Shown here one piece after another: positions 11,424 to 25,603 of a DNA stretch of 64,000 bases (position 1 is the first letter of the stretch; each line of letters starts with the position of its first letter). The position numbers and the translations under genes are program-made. The stretch is from Massalongia carnosa (taxonomy: Eukaryota): contig OZ287079.1 in assembly GCA_965645245.1 (NCBI GenBank), positions 806,001 through 870,000 on the forward strand, read 5' to 3'. The notes beneath the pieces are model-generated. The model saw only the letters and a program-made list of their open reading frames with translations. It was not told the DNA's origin and did not search any database.

Positions 11424-13790
11424 ATGAGCTCAGAACCAAAATCCGAACAATCCAGGACGGTCATCATTGAAGCTCTTGCATTTCGACCCAGACAATGGTT
11501 GGAGGCAACGAAAGGGCGCTTCGTTTTGCTCTGGTCAAGAACTGAGGATATAAGGCATGCATTGAGAGATAAGCTATCTTTTTCAGGCTGGCTGGGGGTA
11601 ACTATCAGTCTTACGACTGGCATTATCGCTCTAAGATACGCATATCAGTCACAGCTGTTAGCCTACAAGTCGATGAAGCTTGCAGAATGGACCGCCAGGA
11701 AAGATTTTCTTGAGTTTTGTCAAGATACAAATGTATGCTTTCTCCCCCTGCTTGCTCCCGTACATAATCTGCGTTCTTGACTAACATTGGTACGATTTTA
11801 AAAGTCCTTGACAGCTAACAGGACGGTTGATTGCGAAAGAGCCTTACAACAAACTTTCCCAGAACCGCCGTACGTTCAATTCGGCGCGCCAGACAGACTT
11901 GAACGACGGATGATGGACGATCTTTGCGGATTCCTTGACCAAGAGCGCCTCAGATCCCAGGTAGATATCCAGGTCCCCATGGATAACAAACCTAAAGCAG
12001 CTGAGTCGGCGAATCGGGCTATCCTCACCATCTTGACAATTCTGGGCTTTTGCTTCATGATTTTACACCACAGACGAAAACTACATCGCCTTTTGAACCA
12101 GATATTTTCGCACCAAGAACGGCCTAAGTTGAGGCATAGGTTTCAGCCGTATCGGCATCATTGCGATACTATATCACGCCCTCCTGAACTCGTCCAGACC
12201 AAGCATGAGGCTCAAATCTCAACTGTGTATGAGACACCCGCTTCGGTGGATGGTCTGCGGCGCCGAAATGCTGGGAGTTCTCTTACATGGCATTTGGACC
12301 TACGGAGCGCTGCAGAGCGAGGCCTCGTTAGAAAGATAAAGGATTGTCTTGCTTGTGGGGTTCACGTGGATGCAGTAGATCCGTTCGGAAGTACTGCATT
12401 GATTATCTCCTCAATGCATGGCAGGGTGGCAGCCGTCATGTATCTATTATCTAAAGGTGCTAACATCAACTTTGAGGGGGGCGTGCATGGTAACGCCTTG
12501 CAATCAGCCTCTCGTAATGGACATGAAAAAGTCGTGAAAACTCTTCTCGAACATGGAGCTAATCTTCGCATATATAGTCAAGGAAGCCTCAGTGCGCTCC
12601 ACATTGCTTGCCGTGAAGGAAACCTATCAACTGTGCAGACGTTAATAGATTTCGGAGCAGATGTCAACTATTGCCGCGAGAAAGAACTGACGGCCTTGCA
12701 GCTTGCCGCTCAGGAAGGCCATGCCCTTGTTGTCAAGCTTCTTCTGCAGCATGGAGCTCAATCCTCTATTGAAGACACCAGCGTGCTCGAAATCGCTGCT
12801 AGAAAAGGATTTGAGACGATTGTTAAATTCATTCTAAACCCTGAAATCAATGCCAGAGCCCTCTCGGAAAGACTTGGTTCTTCGTTACTGGCTGCCGCGG
12901 AGAGAAATCACGAGTCGATTGTGGATTATCTCTTAAACCAAGATCGTCATATTCAAGCTCCCGAAGAGGATCTAGTGCAACTTCTTATATCAGCGGCTGA
13001 AAGCGGGTTCCAGAAGATTGTCAAAGCTCTACTACAATTTGGGGTGAATAAAAATGGGTACAGACTTGGTCGCTGCGCAATTGAGGTAGCGGCTGGTACA
13101 GGGCAAACAGAAATCGTAAGTGTATTATTGGCGCATGGCGCTCGGGTTGACCCACCGTATGGATATCAAGGTGCGCTAGAAGCGGCTGCTAGAGGAGGCT
13201 ATAAAGAACTCGTTATTTATTTGCTGCGCAGGGGGGCCGACGTTAACGCCCGTGACTGCGATCATCAAAGCGCTCTGTCATCAGCTTCATTGAATGGTCA
13301 CGAGCCAATTGTGAAAATGCTGCTAGACTGTAAGGCGGATCCCAACGCTCAGGGTGACTGCTGTGGAAACGCATTGAAGGCCGCCGTGAGAGGAGGTCAT
13401 AGCTCTATTGTGGAATTACTACTCGTGCATGGAGCAGACGTAAATGCAGAATGCGTATTCTGTGGCAACACTTTACACAAGGCCGTGGCGAAAGGCAACG
13501 ATACTATCATCCAGCTTCTCTTGGACGATGGCGCCGAAATCTCCCCAAAGGAACCATATCTTTCTAACCCTATTCGAGGCTATAGCTTGGGACATCTCAA
13601 AAAGGATGCGGTCCCTCTAGCGCGGACTACATATGGATCGCTTGGGCGTTGTTTGCCAGTTCAATTCAACACGGCTAGGAATTTGGTTGACATCGAGGAG
13701 GACAACTCCTCTAAGCCGAGTATGGAGGAGTCTCTCATCCTGGATGATGGGAGCTGCTCAGACGATTCGCTCTTCCACATGGAATTGTAG
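11424..13790 (+). CDS. Ankyrin-repeat protein with two predicted N-terminal transmembrane segments (start uncertain)
   Basis: Exons 11424-11732 and 11805-13790 join in frame across a GT-AG intron with CTAAC. Hydrophobic stretches WLGVTISLTTGIIAL and AILTILTILGFCFMIL. About 11-12 ankyrin repeats (e.g. GNALQSASRNGHEKVVKTLLEHGAN). Confidence 0.85.
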
Positions 13791-15190
13791 CTCACACTCA
13801 TCTGAAGTCCCTACCACGCCTTCCTTGAATTATTTCCTGTATCATACTGTCACGCTAATCAGCGATCACGGATATCACGAGTTCATCCGGCCTCTGCTGC
13901 AGTAGATCTGTGGGGATGTTGTCATATTTCTGCTGTACCATAGCGTATGTACATAATCCGTTGTTTTAGGTAATATCGAAGCCACGGATTAAATTAATTG
14001 CAACTACTACTATATTACCAAGATCTAGATCATGGGTAATAATAAATATAATGTCCTAGAGATTCCCAACACGCCACTCTTTTGTTGTCTCTAGCACCTC
14101 TTGGGTATTTACTGTACACTTCATACCAACATGTCAACCCCTGGTTAACCACGTGCCACGACCAGCAACACATAGAACTAGTCATGAATCAAACGGCAGA
14201 GAAAAAGAACATAAAACGATTCTCAAAGCCCCCCATTTTTATCTGAACCAAAATCACCAAAGCTTCCATACTCTAATATATCGCTAGCAAAAAGCCTGTC
14301 TCACAAACCTTTTGCCATCGCCCCCAAGCTCTTGCCTACAGCCTACATATCTATAGATAGATGATTTTCGTTTTTTATTTTTACCGATATAATAACGCGT
14401 TATTCCGGACGAAAGTCGAAAAGGGAGAAGAAGGGTTTTCTTATAAATGCGTCTTCTCTCGCTCGCATCTCAAACCCCTGGTTGGGAATTTGCACGGACA
14501 AGGCAGTTCTGATGAGGCGAGTTCGCTCTCTCTCCGTCGAAGCGCGGTCGGGCTTGATACGTGGGATTTAGCTGCTGGGTTGTTATTTCTATTGATGGTA
14601 ATGCTCGTGGGGGGTAGGTAGGAGAGCGGGGGATCGGGTTTGTTTTCGCGCCAATGTTGTATTTTCTCCATTTAACTAGTCTTCTTTTTTTGAAAAAAAA
14701 AAAGAATTTGGAAACCCCACTAATCGCTCTTATTCTATTCCCCTCTCCCTTTCCCCCCCTTTCGCCTTTCCATTCCCCCCCCCTTTACCCCCCTCCCTTC
14801 TTCCCCTCCAAACCACGAACTTACAATAGATGCAACAGATTTAATTAAACAAAACCATCACTCCGATACGCTATAGCTAGGCTCTATCACAAATGGGGGC
14901 GTTTTCAAAAGGGTCGATGAAACGAGGAAGCGATTCCAAAACCGCCCTCAGCGAAAACCAACATGGCGTGGGAGATAGAGGTGAGTCATAGTTCGGGAAT
15001 GGACGGGGAGCAGGAGATAGGATTGCAGGGAATAATACTGGGTAGAAAGCTATTGACTCCGACAAGAGTTTTTGTCTACAGTAGGACCAAGATTCGACTT
15101 CGTGGCGGTCTACAAGACGTTCGAATTTCTATCCAAAGCCTTTGGTAATTCTATGCTACCCTCGCGTTCCTCCTCAAAGACCCTTCCCTC

Positions 15191-18100
15191 TTAGAAAGCA
15201 CAGTCCCTCAAAATCTTCCCATCAACAATCTGACCCATGTGCGTCGCACTCCACACTTCTCCCTTTCTTCGCATGTTTAGTAGCGCCTGGATGAGGGGCA
15301 GAGGGCTGGTCATAAACGGGCACGACCACATCACCGCCTCCCGACTGGCCGGGAGTACGAATCCCTCGCTGGAGACTTGGCAGTTCGGCGGCAGTTGCGT
15401 GGTGCCGCCGACCAAGCCGCAAAAATCGCACAGATCCCGATACTCCCGAGCGGATTCGAAGTAGAGCGCTCCGGCGAACAGATTGAGGACGCTCAGCGTT
15501 CTGGGGTCTACGGTGAACGGCGAGGGGGAAGGTATGCTGAGGAAATCGAGACGGCTGAACGAGAGCATGGCCTTGGAGGACCTAGGGGCGTAGACGTGGA
15601 GAACGACGTTTCGGGATTGGCGAATCGCGGGAAGAAGCTCGTTCGCCTCAAAGGGGCTCAGCAGCAACACTTCTGCCACACCTTTGCCTTTGCCGACGAG
15701 AATCCAATTGACTGGCCGAAGGTAATCGTCATAAGGCGTTGCCCGGACTGCGTGGACAAAATCCTCGCTGGCGAAGGCACGAATGTCCAGCGAAGGAATG
15801 TTGTAGTCTTTAGCACTCGTGTGTTGTAGGATATTGAATAAAGATCTGAACCCATCGTTTTTCTCTGGCAGAACTCCCGTACGCACAAATGCTCTGACTG
15901 CGGCGTGAATATTGTGGATCCGCGGCTCGATTTCCCGGGGGCGCTCCACTTGGCGCTCTTGCTCGATTTCGTGAGCTACCTCTCGTTCTTGCTCCTCTTG
16001 TAGAGTAGAATTTCGCTCCACAGCGGCATCTAATTTACGCCATTCCACGGCAAGAGCTTGAGCGATAGGATCATTGAGGTTGTCCTTGAGTCCAGCTGGT
16101 AAATCTGCTCTCTCGTCTTGAGGGTCTACATACATCTCTTTCAAACTCATCGCCTCGCGGTCTTTCACACAGTCCAAATACTTGTCTACCCCATCACACT
16201 TAGCAATAGCGGTGGCATCTTCGGATCCTGCTGCTTGAAGTAGAAGGTCATGAGCTAATCGTCGTTTTGTGTAGTTTACCCCTCTTGTGACCCACAAGGC
16301 ACGTTCACGTTCTACGTGACAACAAGTTCTCTCCAAGGTCCAGCGGATGACATCTGAAATTTCAATCTCATGGGAGGGCTTCTGGACTAAGCTCATAATA
16401 CTACGGTTCACCTCAGGGGGCGCAAAACAGACAACAGACTGGCCATGTCCGAGTTTCCGCATTCGCATACATGCTGTAAACAATAAAATCTCAGCCTTCG
16501 GCCATGGAAAAATCGATTTCCAAAAAGGACATTATACGTACCTTGAACGAATCTATCTTTGGTTAACTCGGGCCCAAGCATCACTGCGGCTCGGTAGGTT
16601 GTAGGGAAACCTAAATCTGTTCCTCGGGTGTGCGCCTCATCTAGGTAAACCACGCAATCGCCCAGTCGCTCGCGGAACGAGGACGCCATCAATCGTTCTA
16701 ATTTTCCTTCTCTGTCAACAACCATCAACTCATCATTCAGATAAAAAAATATCCCAGCCTTTACATCCGGTGCTAGTAGAAGCCATTCTTCGATGACTTC
16801 TCGATTCCCAATCTCCAGTACCTGGGCACCAACGTCAAGCAGCACACGGACTGAAGGTCTCTCGGAAACCAGCATAACAAGCAGTTGCTTTACAGAAATT
16901 CGTTGCTCGTTCTCGTCAGATGCAGCAACATATCGTCGGTTTTCTTTTCGAAGCAAAATATTCAAAACCATAGCGCTGGTGTGCTTCAACTCTGCAAGAT
17001 CCTGTTGATGGATGTTAAGAGGTAAAAGTAAGCGGTTATCATTGGTTCCACTGAACCCAGTTGTCATGGCATATTTACAATCAGCTGGAAGGTCCCACGC
17101 CGAAGCCGAAAGCTTGTAGGCGAATTCTTTGCCCTCGTTCGGGAAAACGATGCGTGCTAGGAAGAAATCAATTGCATTCTTGTTCAACCGTAGATGGGGA
17201 AATATCAAAAGGTTCCATTGGTTTTCATCTTCAAGATTCACGCCGGAAAAATTCCGTAACTCTGCTGGAAGCTTACTGTCTCGCTGCCATTCGTGGTATT
17301 CTAAAGATGGATCGGTCATTTTATCGAGATGTTTGAAACAAGTTCGCAGCTGAACCTTTGTGAGACCCGTGTAGTAATAGCTCAGGCACGTAAGAACTAT
17401 AGCAACATCAGGATGAGCAAATTCGGCCGATACGCTCGGTACCGATTTTGCCCGATAAGGAACAGCCATCAAGCATCTTTTGGGGTCAAGGCCGTAGTTC
17501 ACCAGCCATCGCTTTCTTTGCAAAGAGAATAACAAGATGCCATGAGCAAGGAGGCCCCTTAACAAGAAAATTACTTTGATCTGGACGGTGTCTTTGAAAA
17601 TTTGAAGAACCTTTTGGACAACCCTGGAACTGGGTACCGGATGGCCAATGAATTCAGAAATAATACCTCGAGTAAGTTCGTCACAGTGACCGAAGGATAC
17701 TCCTGCTACAAGGCCACCTAACAGGCTTTCTACTAATCCAGCTATGAGTCGAACACCGACATCAACATCTAGGATGCGGCAAGTGGGAAATGAGCCATTC
17801 CCACGGAAAATCCACTCGATCCCTTTAGGAAATCTAGCGTGAAGAAAGTGTGCATGCTTGTCGATGAGTGAAAACAAGGACTGAACAACAGTCCACCTTG
17901 CTGGTTGCCCATCCAAGCCCATCTGAGTACCGATAGTATAAGCCAGCTCAAAGTTCACATGCAGTAACTCATCGCTTTCATCAAGAATATCTCGACTATT
18001 TTGTTCTAGCCATATTTGAGTATTTATCATAGCAATAGCGGAGCTCGAGGCCCTGGCATATAACCTGTCGATACCCATAAGCTTGAACGAAAGGATGTGC

Positions 18101-21100
18101 TCCGGTTGAATGAGGAGAACGCCCCGAAAGTCCCTGCACTCCCGATATATCTCGTCCAAATGAGCGGCTATATTGTCTATCGATTTCGTCTTGCGCGAGA
18201 AAGGCGCGTAATATATACAACGCCCCACGATTCCGCCAAGACGTTGCGAGAGGACATGTCCCATCTGCCTTGCAAGTGGTTTAAGAACAACACAACGGAC
18301 CAATTTCCGACCGTCTGCCAGGGCACAAGCAAGCATAGGGATTATAACAGAAGACTTTCCCTCTCCCATGTTGAGTTGCATGACGAAATTTTTATTTCCC
18401 TTCGAAGGCGCTATCATCTCCTTCGCCACTTTCGCCTGAATCGGCCGTATAAGAAAATCATTCTCAATTTCCATGAGCCGCCAGTCAGGTTGTTCGTCGG
18501 GGCTCCACCCATCGTTTTTTTGGTTGCTAATCTCTTGGTGAAAGGCCCGAATATTTCCAGCTTCGGCGAACGAAAGAAGCCGTATCGCTTTCTGATGGTT
18601 TGTGATACCTTCTGCATATGCCAGCAGAGCTCGTTTCCAAGAATCATGTAGCTTCGAAATATGCACATGGGATAACCTGGAAAGTAGTTCTCGTGGAGTG
18701 GCAAGCGGCCATATACCAGCTTCTAAAAGTAAAGATTCTGCTGCTCGCCCAGGCTTTGGTTGAAGCTTATCAAAGATCGCTTTGTAACAGTTTCCTTCGT
18801 GCAGTTCGGCCATACGCTGATATGTGATCAATGTATCTATGGAGCAAGAGATTTCATTCATAGCATAACTGAGATTTGCAATTTTCAGCGCCTGCAAACT
18901 CTTGAGCAGCTCATAGCCATATTCTGTCCTAGTTGCATCGCTCCGCGAAGAGCATTCTGTGATGATGCTCTGTAGCTCTACAAACTCATTATCGTTCTCC
19001 AAAATAGGCTCATCCGACCCAGAAAATTGGAGAATTACTTTCTGAGTAACAGGAAGATCAAGGGGGTTTTCGAGCAATTGATCAAGACCTGGGATCGGGT
19101 TTATTTTAATGGTAGGTTTGGAAAATTCCCTATCAAGGCGAAAGTCGACCAATATAGGTCCTTGCGGCTTCAATTGGTTCATTTCACGAAGGATCGGCTT
19201 AACGTCTTCAAAGTGTCGAAAGAGGCTGTAGTTGCGAAACCATACGCTAAATTTGCTCTCCATTGCGATAGTAACCGCTTGTACATTGATCAGGGGTGCA
19301 TGAGTCTGGAAGAAAGCTGGCGGATGTGCTTGCGGCCAATGACGAACGATCTCGTTAACGACGTTCGTGCTTTGCCGTTTGACTTCATTCTGATACACCC
19401 TAGCGGCTTCCTGAATCTCCGTAGCGGATCCTGTGTTCTTAAACTCGTATGCATTTTCCTGTACGATGTCTGATATCACGGATCTTTGCGGCCGGTATCC
19501 TTTCCAAAGCTCATATGCGCCTGATGGAGGCATTTTCGGTAGGCGTGTTGTGTCGGTAAATGCAAAGGCTAAAAGTGAGCGTAACTCCTTCGCGGATACC
19601 CCATTTCCATAGGAAATAGTGCAGAACAGAAAAGAAAGACTGAAGATGTTATCAGAAGAGCAATAGCGACAGTGGCTATATAAAGAGCCCCAAAGAGATG
19701 AAAACGGTATATCTAAAAGCTCTGAAATTGACTGAACTTCGAAAGGTTGACCAAAGCCATCGACAGTTTGCCATTTCATAAGATAGGTATAAATATCGTC
19801 GTCTACTTCAAGTTTGGATGGCCATCTTTGAATCAAGTCTGCGAATTCAAAACTTCGCTTTGCAGATTCGGTTTTCTCATCATGATCCCGAGATATATAT
19901 TCCAAATCAACAGCTTCACCGACTGTCAAATCCTGGACAGTACGGGGATAGAAACCCAAACTACGGCGTGATGCCCTCTGGTGGAGAAACTCCGAACCCC
20001 GAGATTTCAGCGAACGCTTGGCTTCGCCCTCGTATAACCCCATAAATCTGTTATTATAATAAATGATATGCTCCGCAAGCTCATAAAATTTGGCATGCTG
20101 GACTAGAGGGCTAAGGTTGGGATTCCACTGCGTCTTTTGTATGCACTTGAGATATGGCGGATAGAAATCCCGTGCTGGAGTCAAGCTAGCAATCATATTG
20201 AGGAGCTCTAATACGCCTTCAGAAAGTGCAGTGCACGATCGTGCTCTAGTCTCGACAAGACAAGAGACGGCCTCTTCTACTCCCGTACGACCAGTAAACG
20301 GATCCGGTAGGACTTGACTAGTGACTGCGTGCAAATAAGCCCTATAAAACTGCGCCATCAGGTCAGGGCCGCTTCTGACCTGACGAAGGCGCTGTTCGAG
20401 TTGGAATATGAAGTAACGGACTGTCTTTGTTGTTCCAGGATTCACAAATACCTCAGTTAAATCTACTTCCCTGTGCATGGAGATTGATCCGTACGGAACT
20501 AGGATAGAACGACGAGTATGAGAAGAGAGCTTCCCAACCCCGTGTAGGACCAGCCGGCTCTTTAGGCCGCAAAATGTGCCGATAGCTTGATTTTGATCTA
20601 CAACCGCATGGAGCTCAGGACACTCTAGTTGACCTTTCTTATTGACAAAAAATCCAATGCTAAACCTTGGCAACTCAACAAGAATCTCGGCGTCATCCGA
20701 AAGGACAACTTCAATGAATTGTTCATCTTCGATGGGCTTGAATATTTGCTTGATCTGATTACATGTAGAACTCCGAGGGTCTATCAGGGTTCGGTGAGGC
20801 TGGTATAGGATTTGAGGCTCGCTCCTGAAGGAGAGCCGCCAGTTTTTAATTTTGGGAAGCCATAATTCTGCCCACGGTCGAAATTCAATTTCACCGGTGT
20901 TGAGATCAAGCCAGTGAACACAATCGGTAACAAAATTAGCAGGCACATCGCCCTTCAGATACTGACTCGGGATCGCTTCCAGGAAGTGATGACTGTTCTT
21001 GATTCGAATTAGCAAGTCGCCATTCAATGTGCCAAAATAAACTCTGTAATCCGATATTAATCTCGTTGTCTGGTAAGACATTCCTATTTCATCGGCGGCG

Positions 21101-24100
21101 ACGACATCGAGCACAGCAGCCCCGAATATCCTTTTGTATAACTCGCCACCGGTGAATGTGCTCGGAAGCCGTCCCAAGCGACGCCCGTCAACGAGCAACT
21201 CTCCACTTAGTAGGTTATAATGAACCAACTGAGAAAGAGAACCCCCGAACGGTGTTGTATTGGCAAATACCCATCTTTCAAGTGGTGCCTTCATGAATTC
21301 CCAGCTGTCTCCTAGACGAGCTCCATGCCATATGTTCAGGATTCCCTCTGACAAACCAGAAAAGCCTTGCCGAACCAGTTGAGCTATCTTGGGTTCTAAC
21401 AACTGCGCTAGCCTTTGATCTCGAGCTAAGGCATGCTGTAATAGCAATGGTAACTGAGAGACATCGTCAGGAGTAATATCGTGGGCAATAATGCTTAGCT
21501 CAATAAACATAGCAATATCGATACTACTTTGTAGCACCAAATCAACATGCCGAGAGTCCACGAAATATGTCATGCGACATGTCAAGGCGGACTTCAAAAG
21601 CTTGTGTTGAAACTGGCTATTTCCACAAGATTTTCTTTGATCCTGCATCTTCCGCGCCAACTCTTGTGTCCAATGTAGCGTGGCTCGTCGGATTCTAGAT
21701 AGTAGTTGCAGAGCCTGCTCGATGATAAGCTTCTCTACAGTAAGTGAGAGCAAACGAAGCGTTAAGATTGTCAGAAGGCTCATTAAAGTAAGTTCTTTCC
21801 AGCTCGCTTCGATATTTTGGACAGCCCTTGAGAGAACCTCATGCATTCGTTTGCAGAAATCTAAATCTCCGAAGACAGCGTGCGACTCTCGAAGGAGGTT
21901 TTCTAGAAGGGGAGACCCTACCTGCCATGCTGCTTGTGTAAAAAGTATGCCAACTGCGTCCGCATTCAAGTCTAAATTCGATGAGACGAGCTCGCGGATG
22001 ATGTTGTACCATTGTAGGCGCTCGCCTGCGCGCAAAGAACCAAAAGCGTGGAATTCATGCAACGTAATACTAGTTGAGCAAGATATCTGATCAGCGAGCA
22101 CTTCATTCTGGGTATGTCGCGGCGAATCAACCGTCCGTTGTAAATTGGAATAAGGTCCTTTAGGAAGATTTGAGATGCACCAGTAATTAAAAGTAGGAAC
22201 AGCAGACTGCTCACTCGTCCATGAATTCCCGGCAGTATCAAGAACCTGATAAATAAGCCCATTATTGAGTGTAACTTTCTTAGCATCTACTGGAATCTGC
22301 GGCTTGTTGTAATGTGCCCGAAGAAAAGACTTTGCGGTCGATCCAACTGTTATACGCGGGTTTCCTGACTTATAGTATTGCTTTAAATATATATGTATCT
22401 GCTCCTCGACATTTCTTCCGTTTATAGTGTCACGTCGACCAAGGTCATGAATAATCTTGAAAGTCACATCTCGCCAAGCAGTAATAGCTCTAGTTTTCCA
22501 GTTAGCTTGCTCACCAGTCCTGCTGAAAATAAGGTTTGGGTTGTCTGCTTACCCTGGACATGATAATTCAAACACCGCAGCTTTTGCTTGTACGTTGGAG
22601 GCTGGCAAAGGCCATTCATGAACGAGTATGTAGATTCTTTTAGCTTCATTTTCAAGTCCACATTTGGCACACGAATAATCATGATAGCTTATACCACGCC
22701 GGTTGATTTTCATAAGATGCTGAAGTCGGTTGGCTTGTTCTATGAGCGAGCTATACCTCGCATTTTTCTGCGCCAACTCTTCCAGCTTAGCTTCTTTATC
22801 TCTGCTAGCATTATCTTCAATCTCTTGGCGTAACTTTTGAAGCTCATGGGAAGAGTTGAAGTATTGAACACTGAATGATTGATTGGTGATCGTTCCGAAC
22901 ATGGATGGAAGGTTCTTGGTAGCTCTTTGGTGCCGCTGTTCCAAATATCTTTCAATATGCTGAATACGGATCAATTCCTCTCGTCGTGGCAATAGCAATG
23001 GTTGAAGGATACTGGATGGTATTTCTGGAGAATATTGTTCTAGTAGGGGATGTAGTCCCAAGGCTATGATGTCTAAGGCGCACCATAACTCCAAAATTGT
23101 GAGTAACATCAATGACAGATTCTCCGAATCTAGACTGTACTTTTGAATTGCGGAAGATTTATAAGAGTCAATCAGCATTTTCAAGGATTGGCAATCGTCA
23201 CTGCTATGCCGTGAGTGTGCTTCTTCGGAGATCTCAAGCCATCCGGAACTCTGCAGGTTTTTGTTCTCTGGTTTTAGAAGCCATAGTTTCAACTTGTCTC
23301 GAACCCAGCTCTCGAAATCTACAAGCGTCAACATCAGGTGTTTTTCTGGTACATTTAGAGATCCTGGTAATGGCAGCGTCTTATGGGAGCCGGACAGGCG
23401 AGACGGAGCTGATGCAGAGAATTCATTGCGATCTATGCGGCCCAGGCATCTGTTCAGAACGTTGCCAAGGTAAGTCTTGCTTGTATTAAGGCTCAAGGCT
23501 GTGTCAGCGAAGGAAGACAAGACAGTTCGTACTTCGGTTGAATCCGCTCGTCGTGTTACAAGTACACGCTTTTCCATCTGTACTTTACAGTCTTTTACCG
23601 AACTTATAGTAAATATTTCGACAAAATCAAACATTTTTCCAGCCAGCTTAGACGCTCGTCGAGCGGCCTTGGCATTAATGACGAATAGGAGGTCTAACGG
23701 CAGCCTTTTCAGTCTCCCTAACCGTGAGATCTCTGCTATCGCGAAAATCATAAAATTCTTGTACTGAAGGTGAGAATCATCTAATCCCGCATTTACTAGA
23801 GCAAGCTGAATGGCAATCTTGAGAGTAATCCACACAGATGAGCGTCTCCAGGGAAGCCGAGCGTTGTTCAAACAAACATCGTCCCGAGTCCGCTTCTCGA
23901 TGTTGCACACTTTGATGGGCTGTCCATATGGCGCTAGAATGGCCATAAGCAGCTCTGTGACTAGTCGTGGATGAGAAGACTCTCTCGTTTCCACAACCTC
24001 AGAATTTCCTTTTCGAGATTTTGGCATTACCTCGTCCACCTGCTCCATGTCCAGACGTTGTAAGAAACTCGCGAACTCATTAGAGAATTTAGGGTTGTGG

Positions 24101-24622
24101 AAAGTCTTGTAAGGAAGCTGAATAGCGTGCCCAGGAAATTTTCGTCGCAAACAAGTTCTGGAGTTCATGACTGCCTTTGCTGTTGCTGATACCTCAAAGC
24201 ATTCAAAAATAATTCCATCAGCGACCTTTCTAAGGATGATCCCCGCGTTTTGGCATTTTACATCTAGAGCTATGCTTTCTTGAGCGACGTCAGCATAAGG
24301 ATCAAGATCAGGCTTTGAACGTATTGGAACAGGCAGAAAAGCTACCTTCTTCAGCTAGGGTATTCATGACTTGCACTAATGCTTCCTTTGATATCGATCC
24401 ATGCTCAGCGACTTTTACCCACGATTTTAGCATCTTCGTGATGCGGGCCCAGCATGGCTTCCATTTCATTGCCACATTTTCCTGAAAGACTAGAGCTTGG
24501 CTATAAATGAAGTTGATGAGCGCGATCTCCAGTTTCGCATTACTATCGGTTTCTTGGGGGAGCTTTGGTGGAAGAATGACATGATTAATCATGAAATCAA
24601 GAGTTTCGAGCGGGATTGACAT
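15191..24622 (-). CDS. Giant DUF6606/DUF3638/DUF3645-type protein (~3,077 aa) with SF2-like ATPase core
   Basis: Exons 24622-24346, 24278-22553, 22489-16542 and 16473-15191 total 9,234 nt in frame, with GT-AG introns. Motifs: NHVILPPKLPQ, QNAG, MQLNMGEGKSSVI, ILDESDE, MAVPYRAKSVPS..AEFAHPDV, GFSGT, HTRGTDL, QACMRMRKLG, EEQERE. Confidence 0.9.
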
Positions 24623-25603
24623 GATGAAGCCTTGGCACCAAACTACTGACGGTTAAGACTGAAAGCTGTAAAAATTATGACCTTGGGGTGGTTAAAAGAG
24701 TTGAAAATAGAGCAAGACTCATCAGCTTGAAAGCCAGGGACAACACAAAAGATAAAAGTGAGAGATAGCTAATGAAGGAATTGCACAACACGTAGGCAGA
24801 CTAGGAATCAGGTGCTGGATAGACACAAATAGGTGTTGAACCGGACGAAAAAGCGGTCAATGAGGAGACAAAAATTTGTTGAGTAGGTGAGAGCAAGGCT
24901 ATGTACAGAACATGTTGTCTACCGCCATCATGTTTGCCTGAAGGCTGTTATTCACCCATATTCAATTCAAAGAGTCAATCCAATCAAAACAGAATGTATC
25001 AAATTCTGCAGATTGCGATGATCGCTATTGGAGAGATGAAAGGAACAACACATAGACCTAGTGGATTAGGTTTCTAGTGCTTTTTTCTATCTTTCTGAGT
25101 ATGTTCCTACAGCTTTCTACCTAGATAGTACCTTAGAGCTTTTACACCCCACTTGAGGTATAGCCAGCCTTGCAAGCGGAGGCTGGATCATTTTTGTGGC
25201 GCTGAAATCAGCTTTCTACCTATAGAGCTGTTTTTTTCAAGGAGTAAGGTTCCTAACGTGCCGCTAATGATATCGCACAAATGCACGGCACGACATAAAA
25301 ACCATCAATCCATCTTAATCATGTATTGCGTATAGGACCGGTCGACCAAATGTATGCTGTAAGCATCGTTTTCACCGTCTATGATGAACATAATGTGATT
25401 GGGCCTCAATATTGTAGTTCTGAGCCCGTTCAAACTTTGGAGAAAAGCAAGCTGACCTAGAAGTGCACCTTGGCTTCTCTTGCCCGCCCTAACGGGCATC
25501 TAACGCACTTCTTAGCAGAGCTTCCGAAAGCCATGGCCTGATGTGCATCTATAATAAAACTCGAATCATGGGTAGTTCGATTCTCCTAACATCTCAGACT
25601 GTT

